A stretch of DNA of 58,819 nt, counting the filler, from Sphacelaria rigidula (taxonomy: Eukaryota): NCBI GenBank assembly GCA_964200075.2. It is 10 parts of 10 records of this genome, joined end to end, with 100 filler letters (N's around TTAATTAATTAA, not from the genome) between each part and the next. Parts side by side here need not be neighbours in the genome. Positions count along the whole stretch, not along the records: positions 47,138 to 52,928 come from CAXNAA020024436.1; positions 53,029 to 58,819 come from CAXNAA020024437.1; 8 more parts are not named here. One strand, given 5' to 3'. The position numbers were made by a program, and so were the translations under genes. Each line of letters starts with the position of its first letter. Position 1 is the stretch's first letter. Positions 47,846-58,819 of the stretch are shown here, piece by piece. The notes under the pieces were generated by a model. It did not search any database and was not told where the DNA came from. It saw nothing but the letters and a program-made list of their open reading frames with translations.

Positions 47846-49438
47846 AAAATTCCAAAAGTAAACTGTGCACATGGTCGTAGGTGTGCAGAATTCACGACCC
47901 AAGGTTGTCGACTTTGCGTTTGACCTCAAGATAAAGAGAAGAGATGCGCAACAGCCCCCAAAGTTCCCGCAAAATAGGCCCACGTCGATCTCGGGATACG
48001 GGGCACCAGCCGGAAGAACAACGGCATTAGCATTAACATGGCCACACTGAACAAGTTGGCTTACCTTGGGATTGAGCGGAGTGGAGTCGCGGTGGACACG
48101 GTCACCCAGAGTTACCTTTTGCATATTTTCCGCTGAAATTGATCCTACCAACATTTGTCTTGTGTGTGTGCGCGCGCGTGCGTCGCCACCAGGTTCCACG
48201 GGGGGGATAGGATATGTGACAGAGTTGGTTCCATGTATGGAAGAAACGAAATGTGCCGAAATGTTGGAGATGTCCCTGTTAGGAGCAGGAATGGTGCTCC
48301 ATCTCGAAAGGGATGCGTGGTCAATGGTCAAATGACTCCTTCAAAACACCAAATGATTGCGCCTTCCACCAACACAGGTGTGTAGGATCCATCTTGGCGC
48401 GACCAAAACAAGACGCAAGCACGAAATATGTCAGGGCTATTCCTTTTCAATGTTATGGAGGCGGTGTTCTCGAAGGTTGGGCTTAAAGAAAACCCGCACC
48501 TCGCTTGTGGAGACGCCGAAACGTGGGAGGATGTGATGATTGGTACAAGAGCAAGGGCTCACAGTCGCTCGTGCATTGAAACGCTGGATACCCGGCTCAC
48601 CATCTTTTTTCATTTAGCACTTCCTGTCTCATGACGATTGTACTGAATACGACATCGGTCGGGCTCGCAGGCCGGGGCGGATCCCGCCGGCGTCATCGTC
48701 GATCTTCGCCCAGTTAGGGATGAAAGCTCCCAGAAGCCCAGCGAAAGAAGCAGCATCTAGGCTCCCTCATATACACGATGGTCGGGGGCTGAAGATTTTC
48801 GGTCCATCAAGCTCGACATGTCAAGGTTGAGCTTCTCTCGCGCGACCACTGCATTCTGCCACGGACCCTTTCCAGCGTACCGGACAAGGGGGCCGCAGGC
48901 CGCATACCCGCGCTGAAAGTAGCAATGCTAGCGTATCTCGAGTGTTGACAGTCTGGAATCCGGCAAGGGGGTTATAGCCTTTTTTTGCGTTTGTTAATTC
49001 ACTTCTTCTTCTTTCGCTCCCGCTCCAACCGCAGGAGGAGGCGGCAGCGGCGCCCGTGTACGCCTTCCTCCGTCAATGCATGCAACATCGACAATCCTTG
49101 GAAGCGCCATACTCTCGTGGGAGCCATGGATTTCGTTTGTGCTTACTCCCGCCTCTATGTTGCCTTTTCTGGGCGGGCGGCATCGTACCCCCGCCGCCTT
49201 CATGATTGCAGGAAAGTACATGAACATGGCGTTGTCCCTTTCAGTGCCTAGGCCCGTTTCGGTACAATATTTCGGCTGGCAGCCCCGCGGGGTATGTACG
49301 GCCACGTACTGTTATGGGTGGGAATGGGGGAGCTAAGGACCAAAAATCGACGGCAAACTAAAAATGATAAGAAACGCGGAAGAAGGAACACGTCAGTTGG
49401 TAGCCGCACCTGCGCCGAGGCCCTGACGAACAGAGCAC

Positions 49439-49690
49439 TAGAGTTCGGTATTGGGTAATGGGTCGAAAATATATTGCCGCCAAAACGCATAATAGGATAT
49501 TTTTATGTTGGCGTGTTTCTTGGGTCCTAAATTGAAGATTGTTTGGTCAATCCTGTGCGAGAACATATCCCCAAAATTACCCAATACACCCGCATACTCT
49601 TGCGTGGATATCCAGATATGATATATATTGCCCAAATTGCCCAATATACCCAATATATTTGGGATATGGACGCGGATATTACGCGATATG
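49439..49690. mobile_element. Fragmented hAT-like MITE with CCCAAT subrepeats
   Basis: TAGAGTTCGGTATTGGGTAAT vs ATTACCCAATAC...ACTCT; repeated TGCCCAA/ACCCAATAT. Confidence 0.45.
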
Positions 49691-51331
49691 TTTTCTTGAA
49701 TACCAGAATCAGCTTTATTATTATGTTGTCTCCAGACTCCAGACCCTTGGCGCGCACATAACAGTGGTGTCGCCGCACCATACATGTGCACACGAAAAAC
49801 AACCACTACACACTACACACTACACACTACACATCATACACCACAGCACCACACATGTGCGATGAGCAACTCCCGGTCGACACCCCCAGCCAACAGCACT
49901 GCATCTGGACAGCAAAGGTAATGTCCTTGGTAGTGTGGGGGGTGGAGATGCCTGGATTTGTGACAATATTTTTGCAGCATGTTGCCAGGTGGGGGTTTAG
50001 GCGTTAGTCGGGATGGCAGTACGGAGACAGTGGGAGGGTTGCAGGTAGACGCACGGATATCAATCGTGGTTTGACAGGAAGCGATAAAAAAGAGGGGGAA
50101 ATCTTGATCACCGGACCGTTTTTACTGAAAATCCGTGTTTGGCCTCATTTGGCGAAGAACAAAAGTGCGGCCAGCGGGAAATCCAAAGTTGCCCTAGAAC
50201 GGTCTCAACGAGTAGAGCAAGTCATCATCAAGGCGTCAACATCCGTCTAGCCCTCTTTTCGGGTGTAACTCGATGGAGAAGGGCCCAAAAGACAATTCTC
50301 GACAGAAGTTTTGGACGGCTCCCGTTAGAGTTGGCCTAAGGTCGCGTTCTCAAAAAAAGTCTCAAGAAATTGACCAAAACGACTTTTCTCAAGGACTTTT
50401 TTCAGTCCATAAGAAGCGGCCGTGTAGACTGAATAAGTCATTGAGCAAAGTCAGTTTCCAACGAATGTTTCCAGAACGCGATCTTACAGGGCCATTTTCA
50501 TAACAAACATCTCTGGAAACTGACCAAAATTCCCCGACGGCGGGATTTTTTCAAATCTTCCTGGGAAAATGCATCGATTCCAAGTGACTTTTCTCCGCCT
50601 GGGAATTGACGCTCCATCACACACTCCTCGCACACCGAACCCGCAATGGTACAGTCAGTGCTTCATCACACACTCCACGCATACAAGTGTAGTACAGTGA
50701 GTGCAGAAGTAGCTACCAGCTCGGCCACCCAACAATGGGTGGTTTTCTCGCTCAGGCGACGCACAGCGTGATATTAGGAGTTGGACGCTGGAATTTTGAC
50801 TGCAGCTTTTTTCGATCAACATGCAGAACATCTCGTGAGCAGCGAAGAATGAGAATCTGCAGCTGCTCACGGGATGTATCATTTCCCCGGGTGAAGAACG
50901 TCTTCGTGAAATTTCAGCTCAAGAGTCGTCGAATTAGGCCGTGCGTGCGACGTTTTGCGTGACGCTGCTGCACCCCTATATTTCAAGTGATGAGAGACTC
51001 CAATTACGGAGGTCATGAGTTCGAATCCCGACAGATTCTCTTTTTTTTTCGTCCGTCGCTAAGGTTATACATTATGCAGTACACATTTTTTCTGTTCTTC
51101 ATTTTTTCTCTTCATTCATCGGCGGTGCCGAGTGTCACCAGGTTGGTCGGCACTTCACGGTGATATGCTTACATCGGGTTCGTTTGAGAAACTGGGAAAG
51201 CTGTGATGTGAGCGACTTTTAGCTGCTTTCAAGCTGGCCGAGCTCGTATCAATCTTGTATGTGCAGTACCGTAGCAACAGCATAGCTGCTGCAGCACTCC
51301 GTGCATCCACTTCAAGACCGTAGGATCAGGG

Positions 51332-52459
51332 ACAGACAGTACAGGGCTTTTTCGCCGGCAGCGTTACTGCAATAAAATAGCACGGTGTCACTCCTGCTGG
51401 CTGTCTTGACTGCTCGTATCGTTTCACGCTCGTCGTGCTCGCCATCGATTGCGAACTCTGTAGTATTCTGTGTACTGAGACAGTTGCTACAGCACCACTC
51501 AGGCCAACTTGTGCGGTAGTCACCAATCTCAATCTTTTCGAGCATCGTGACTCCTCCCGATTTTCTTGAGGTCACGTGCGTGCATTGACGTACAATGCCA
51601 GAGTACGAGGCGTCTGACGTTTTTGCAACGGCAGCAGAAGGCAGTCTCGTGACAGCGCAGGGCGTGCCTACTGCCCGCGCCAGCTGCTGAAGCAACTTTG
51701 CACGGAGTTTGACAAGTGGTGAATGTATCACTGTAACGAACGCTACTATACTCTCCTAGCTGTTATCGCTTTACTTGAGGGGTGATGTGCGGCACTGCAC
51801 TACTGAACTCTGCCCACGCGTTGTTTATTCTCTGTCCTCGTAAGTGCCGACTGTGCCATATTGAACGGTCCCCCCGTTTTAAATGGGGTAAAACAAAAAT
51901 ATCGAGATTCGTTGCCATAAAAGTGGGTCTCAAGAGTGCATGAAAAACAAACTCGGGATTTGTACACCCGAGGACATCATCTGCCTGCCTGCTGACGGAG
52001 GTAGTGGTCATCATTTGCATTTTGTGCTCGTGCCACCTCCAGTAGACTAACACGTAAATAATTCCGTCCGGATACAGGATAGATGGGATGGCAACACACA
52101 CAGTAGCTACTGGTATGATAGGGATCGAAATGACAGCCGTATCAACCCTTACTTCAGCCAACCGCCGCTTGGTACAGTAGTAGTGTCGGAAGCGGTGCAG
52201 TGTGCAGCAGTACGGTTTGTGCCGTACCGCACACAACAAACTCACGTGGCAGTCAGTAGTGCGGTAGCGACCATATCAGTACACAGAATACTACAGAGTT
52301 CACAATCGGTGGCGGGCACGACGAGCATGAAACGATACGAGCAGTCAATACAACCAGCAGGGGCAACTCCGTGTTATTTTATACTAGTAGCAATGACTGC
52401 TATTTTACAGTAGTAACCCCTCCGGCGAAAAAGCACTACTGTACAGTCTGTACTGTCTG
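51332..52459. repeat. ~170-bp diverged inverted repeats flanking ~750 bp (old TIR element)
   Basis: GAACTCTGTAGTATTCTGTGTACTGA in left arm (51332-51500) vs TCAGTACACAGAATACTACAGAGTTC in right arm (52255-52459), with extended similarity. Confidence 0.75.
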
Positions 52460-55400
52460 CGCACGCGGCCATTTGGCTACATCCCAAAATGCCTCCGAAG
52501 GGATGCGCGGCCCTTCAGGGGGACAAAAAGCCTCCGGAGGCCTTCAATCCCTCTGGAGGGAGCCAAACTCTACCGACCCGGAGGGCCGCGCATCCCTCCA
52601 GAGGCAAAAGTAAGCCTCCGGAGGCGCTTAATTCCTCTGGAGGAAACAAAAGAAATCTCCTCTGGAGGGCCGCGCACCCCTCCGGAGGTGTTTAACTCCT
52701 CTGGAGACTCGAAACGTTTACCCACCTAGAGGAATTCTGTCACCAATTGAACGGTGCCCCCCCCCGTGAAGCAACTCATTGGAGACTGTCATCCAAATGC
52801 AAGATACTTAGTACGCTTCGGGCCGAAAAATCTTAGCAGGATGCAGCTCACCCTTGATGCGACTCGCCGTACACACCACGGCGCCTCGCGCTTGGTGATT
52901 GAGTGCAAGCGTGGTCCGGAGAAAACCCNNNNNNNNNNNNNNNNNNNNNNNNNNNNNNNNNNNNNNNNNNNNTTAATTAATTAANNNNNNNNNNNNNNNN
53001 NNNNNNNNNNNNNNNNNNNNNNNNNNNNGCGGCCACAAAGAAGGGTGGAGAGACCAGGCAAACAACAAAAACAAACAAAAAAAAGGTGACCCCCCCCCCC
53101 CCCCCCCCCCTCTGTGGTATGCAAAGCTCGGTTGGGCAATTTTCGTAGTTCAGTACTTTCCTGAATTTTTCTCGTATAATATTGTTCCGTAGCCCTCAAA
53201 AACCCTAGCGTTGATAGATACTGGAAAAATAAGCAGGCCTTGCCCAGGGCACAATCCTCAACTGGTGTTGTCGGGGTGATACGGAGTGAGTACCTCGTTT
53301 ATCAGGGGGGTGCTATCGATCGTCGCTGGGCCAAAAAACACGGTTTTTAGCTCTAGCGCAATGAAAAGGCAGAAGTTCGGAGAAGGACCCATTTTCATTT
53401 GTTGTGATTGCTAAAATCGAGCAAAAATCTTCAAGGGTCACAACCTGGGGCTGGGTAGTCGCACGGCCCCCGAAAATCGGTCAGCCCGTAAGCCGTTCAA
53501 TATTGAGTGCAGAGATGATTCTGTTGCGGAATGTGGAGCATACCTATCATCTCTCGATCCCCAAACTTCGGGATCAAACGCTCATTGGGATGAGCGGTGG
53601 CACGCGAAAACACTATTGAGAATCGCCGACCACGAAAAAATTTCAAGAATCGCCTATTTCAGCTGCAAACTATTGTGCTGTTGTGTTGCGATACTTTACT
53701 GTCTTCCTGATTGATGATTGGTCACTTTTCCCACGTTGACCCTATGGGGCCCCAGGGCGTAATATTGTTACATGAATGTAGGGTTTAGGATGTAGTGTGT
53801 TGGTGGATATATTTTTACGGGTGGTGCTAAATCAATCAGCAGAGGGTAGAACGATCAGGCGGTCAGCGACCAAACACCTAAAACTGGAATTCTTTTGGGC
53901 AGTAGTCAAAAGTGGTTGCATCACCTATTTCAGACCCAAAGTGGGCATAGGTGAACGCTCAAGTTGGAGCTATCGATCCTAGGCCTCAACCACTCAAAAA
54001 TCAATCCCGACGCAAAGGCAAGACGCCCACAGCCTATGCAGAGCATGCACATCAACTTTCGCGAAAAAAGAGCGCGATCCAGGGCCAAACAGCACCGCGG
54101 GAAACAAGGTCCTGTTTTGTCCGACAATGGGGTAGGTATATCCACCGCCGACTACTATGTTTACATTGTACTCCCTTGACCCTATTTTGACCCCCATTGT
54201 ATCCAAAGCGTACCATTGATTGACCACTATCAGACTTCCACAGCCGCCGTCCAATCCACCGCACGGCACACGATCGATGGCAGAAGTTCATCTCCAACGC
54301 GTCTTTTACCTCTTTCCACGGCCTGGAGACTCCAGACCTCGCCGTCTGTGATTTCCACCCCCAATAAAGGAGACCCTTGCGGAGTGAGTGCCACATCGCA
54401 CGAGGGTTGGGCGCTCGCTCGCGTACACGGCACAACAAGTTACGAAATTACGGAATATAACGGCTGAACCCCCCCGTCGTTTAGTCATCACTCCGGCACA
54501 CCACGCACCCACGAAGGGAAGATATGTGCACCCGGGTGCACATTCGAATTTCATGTGCACCCTGTGATAATGGCAAAGACATGTGCGGCTGGTCAGTGCC
54601 GCATGACCACCCCGACCACGTTCATCTAGATCGCACTTTCAATCGGGGTCAGCATAACCAACGAAGAGTACGGTACAGTACAGTACGGTGCAGTACAGAG
54701 ATATGATGTTGTCCTCTCTCTCACTACTCGTCGTGTGGCCAACTTTCTCTTGTCTGCATGACCTCCCACACAATGTTCACTCTTGACCATGCAAACGAGC
54801 CAGTTCAAAGATTGCGGAAGGCGCCACGCTCTCCTGGGATACAACAGCTCGGTACAGTACCACTCGATGGCAGCCATTGAGTTTGATATTGATGTCCTGT
54901 CCGAAAGCCCCGTTACTTTTACCCGACTCTGCTTCACCCGTGTCCGGTCTCCACGTATTTATTTAGATTCAAACCAGCGTTGCTATTGAGAGGGCCACAC
55001 CAAGGCTAGGAACACCTGTATGTTGCAAAGGTCATCGTGTCTGCCACCCTCCTTTTCTACTCAAGCCTGAAAGGACGAAAGAACGGCGCCCCAAATTCCA
55101 CTTTTCAAGCCTCGAATGATGGTGATGTGCATCTAGACCTTGAGTGGGGATGAACATACTATTGAGGAATGGGCAAGAGTGAACTGTGCATCGGAGGAAT
55201 GGAGAAATCCAACTGAGAATCGAAGTGACATGGCGATTGGAATAAAACAGGACCGACTGCGTACATGAGTTGTTTGGAAACCATCCCACATCGACAAAAA
55301 AGGAAGATAGGAAATATCAGGCCAGCTTGACTGATTGGTTAGATGATTGTCGCACTTTAATTGACCCCCCAGGGATCCAGCTGTGGTCACATGATGGACA

Positions 55401-55984
55401 TAGCCGAGACAAAACAAAACTCAGCGTACGAGTGTATATGTGCACTGGGTCGCCACTGTAGCTGATGCAGCTGCCTTCACTGCTTTTCAGTTTCTTTGGC
55501 AAATGCAAGCCACTGCCGGAAGAAAACGTTTCCGGTCAAAACAAGGACAGCCGGGGGGCGGGAGGCATAAGAGATACGATACGTCCTCTCTGCATATTTA
55601 CCTTCACTTCACTCTACAATGCCCATACAGTGACCGTGCCGTGGAGCCCAGGTGGGCAGTTGCATTGGGCTATATCATTGTACAATGTAGATGGCGACTA
55701 GGCGCACGTCGACTCTCCCTTGTCAAGTAGACATGTTTCGCCAGATCTCGTCCATCTAGTTCGTCATTGCTAGACAACGTAGCGTGGCACGTACCATGCA
55801 TTTGCGTGTGCGTGCATACAAGCAGCACGGGACGCAGCTCTCACTTCGCCAAAGTAGAACCAACCCGTACATTCTCCTCATCAACAGTGCACAACGCCCT
55901 CTGACGTGCCCTCACAAAGTTCTGAAGGGTGCCTGTGTCTATTTCCTGCTTGCGCATTTGCCCGTGTCGTCCGACCAACTCAAG

Positions 55985-57886
55985 ATTGGTAGTCGACACA
56001 CTGACACCATTAGAAGCCACGAGGAGAGCATACCGCTTGGTTGGGGGGGTCTTGGTTGAGCGCACAGTGGGGGAGGTGTTGCCCACAGTCCAGGCGAACC
56101 AAGAGGGGATCAAGCAGCTCGTGGCGCAGCTCGCCAAGAGCCAAGCAGATAAAGAGATGGCGGCGACGGAATGGAAGGTGCATTTGAGGCTTCAGACGCA
56201 AACGAACACCAGTCAGCTACTTTTAACGTCTGATGATCATCAGAATAACGCGTCGCATATACCATGCAAGAATGTGTGCGATATCGGGCATAACAGCGTG
56301 TGTACCTCCCGTGCGCCATGTTGCTGTTGAGCATCTGTATATTTGACGTTTTGATATGCGGTATAGAGCTGGTTGTTTGAGACAGATAACAAATGACAAT
56401 GACTCCAGCATAAGCCGTAACTTTCAGAGTATGTGATATAACGACTGTTCATCATGGATTATAACTCTTCCTCTTCGAATAGCCCATAAAATATACTGTT
56501 CCAGCGCTGTGCAGTTGATTTGTGTGGACAGTATGTACAGGCTGATTCACGCTCATTACCCAAAATCGTGCCGTCAGCAAATGCCTTCCGCATTTTCTAC
56601 CCAAAATTCGCATACGTGGTATCGTATTGACCGCAGTGAACAAACAAAGAGGATGGCGTAGCCGGATTTGTGTTTGAGATCATGGCGGTGGCGTTAAGGG
56701 CGAGAAGATATCTCGACCAGTCGGCGCCCTTCAAATTGTTCTGACACAACGAACTTGCACCCAATCTTGACATGCCTCAAAATTATAGTAAGCGCCATCA
56801 GCTTGGGAATCTGACGGAAAAAAACATTGTAAAGGGTCACTATGGGGTCAAGTCATGCCCCAAAGCGTGGTATTTCGGTGATGCAGGGTTTTGGCGCCGT
56901 CGGATTTCCACTGATAATCATGGGCACGAAAGACCCAGGAAGCCTCCCAAAGGTTTTCCTTATATGTCATAGAAAAGCTCAGATTGCCCTCAAACTTGGC
57001 AGTTTTTTAGGTATTGGTGCTCCAAATGGAGAAAAAAAAAAACACGTATTATTGACAATATTTCAACGTTTCTCCGCTCTTTACCGGTCTCTGGAGGTCT
57101 CAGCGTGAAGACTCCCGGAAGGCGGTACGGAATGGTTCTAGACGAAGACATATTTTGTGCGTCCCGGGGTGGTTCAAGGAACATATTTACAAAATTTCGT
57201 CGCGAAAATCGTCAACCTCATACAGTTTTTCTCGTATAGGCGTTGAAGATCAACGACAAAGACGTTTTCATACTAATATCAAGCAGTCAGGAGTTTGCAC
57301 GTTCCAAACTAACTTCATCGCACAAAAGCGCAACACTTCACGCCGTTTTTAGGGGTTGGATCATGGAGTTTTGCACACATGTACTCTGGGTCATTTCAAC
57401 GTTTTCGATGGACGTTTTGTTTTTTACTTCTTCATATCTTCACCGCTTTTCGGGGATACAATGGGGCTCAAAATTACCCCAGAACCCATGGACCCCCGAA
57501 AAGCGTTGAAGTAATCTAAAATCAAAGACACCTCCTGCTCCGAAAGTATTGTAAATACCCATGGCACATGTGTGCAAAAGTTCAGGATCTGACTCGTGAA
57601 ACCGGCGTGAAGTTTTGCAGATGAATATTTTCAGGATGATGACCGTCAACCAGCCCGCAAGACCAATGCATCTTCTCACCGTTTCCGGTCGATTGCGACG
57701 TGCGAGAGATGAGTGTCTGTACCAAGCGCTGCAGAAGACAATCTAGACCCAAACGACTAACGAAACGAGCACCCTATGCTTGCTTGGTGACAGATAAAGT
57801 ACAAGATCCGTTCACAGCAAGAAGCGCAAGCGGAGCAACAGCCGCAGGGAGAAAGACCATCTGAGCGACAAAGTTTGCAAGCATGA
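55985..57886 (+). CDS. PFDN2: Prefoldin subunit 2 (beta-type), last two exons; 5' exon(s) not found in contig
   Basis: Exon 55985-56177 LVVDTLTPLEATRRAYRLVGGVLVERTVGEVLPTVQANQEGIKQLV...EWK; exon 57794-57886 IKYKIRSQQEAQ...LQA*; phase-0 GT-AG intron. Confidence 0.93.
56698..57681. mobile_element. Probable ~1-kb non-autonomous DNA transposon in the PFDN2 intron
   Basis: TTAA|GGGCGAGAAGAT at left vs ATCTTCTCACCG at right; AT-rich non-coding interior. Confidence 0.35.
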
Positions 57887-58819
57887 TATTTCTTGATTGA
57901 AATGGAAATGTTGGCGCAAAAATGATGGTTTTGTTTTGCGGGACCTGGGCAGGGAAACACCGTAGTGTAGTATATATAGTTGGTGTTTTCCGGACACAAC
58001 GGTCGGCGATTTTCTTCAGTTTTCTAGTGTAGACTAAATGTTCGATTTCCTATGCAGTGCGCGTTCGAGGTTTATCGAAAGAAAAATAGTAAGAACGATT
58101 GATCGGCATCCGCCTCGTCCTGGTTCGTTCGAATTCCTCGTAAGCCGTAGCATTCATGCGTGCTGAGTGGTGCTTACTGACACGAATCAAAAGGTCGTCG
58201 GATTGGTTCCAGTACGGTGTCCGGGTTTGTGCTTTGTGTTCTGACCAAAACTACTAAATGTCAGAACAATGTTGTACGATGCAGAGCGCTGCCTTGTCAG
58301 CTGGAGAAGTTCCTTCCAAATAGCGGAAAGAAGTCTGTGTACACAGTCATCAGCGGTGACATGGCGGGACATCGGGAGCTAGAGCGTTAGTCCTTGAAGG
58401 GAACTGTCCCTCGGGCGGGCCCGTGTTCGATGGAAGTGCTGCCGAACGCGATCTCACCAGCGCCCCGGAAGCCTGAATTACGATCCTGAAACGGCCGTAC
58501 AACGTAGCCCGGAAAGGCTGTCGCACGCAGCAGATACGTACTATCAAGAACATCTCATCGCTGGGGGGCAAAATTGGCGAGTTTGATTGTGCAGTTTTGT
58601 GTGTCCACCCGTTGGAGGGTGATGATCTTCCACTTCAATGTATCGCCTGCGGTGAAAAACCGAATAAATATCCAAATACATGAACCTTTCCCCTCACACC
58701 GGAGGTGTGTTGTCGTCTCGTCCATATTCTGACCTAGGATCGAACTGAGAGGGATACCGTGTGTTGTGTGTTGTGTGGTCGTCCCATTTATTCTGGACGC
58801 CAGTCTACACCTTTCGGTG

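Noticed and set aside
58187..58571. Minus-strand ORFs as 3' end of a gene convergent with PFDN2
   Set aside because: Possible, but no recognisable homology or confident splice structure

Overview
Eukaryotic, intron-rich, repeat-rich DNA, most consistent with a stramenopile and probably a brown alga (inference from gene structure and transposon landscape). The window is NOT one locus. It is ten contigs of 5793/5792/5791 bp, apparently sorted by length and joined by 100-bp N spacers carrying the artificial linker TTAATTAATTAA, so nothing can be inferred from adjacency across spacers. Spliced host genes reconstructed by eye: a CDK9/12/13 (CDKC)-type kinase with a DWG motif (minus, C-terminal half), nuclear cap-binding protein NCBP1/CBP80 (N-terminal part), a bacterial-type RecQ helicase with a possible plastid-targeting presequence (N-terminal part), and prefoldin subunit 2 (last two exons). 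There is also a protein-kinase exon with an in-frame stop. Mobile DNA: two decayed Ty3/Gypsy elements (one with chromodomain plus an extra Tudor/SH3-like integrase tail), LINE fragments, two tRNA-derived SINE types, and many MITEs with readable TIRs/TSDs. I found no clear novel multi-gene system. The best leads are the RecQ, the DWG CDK, the integrase tail, the Ginger-like MITE and frequent AAG/GC splice sites.
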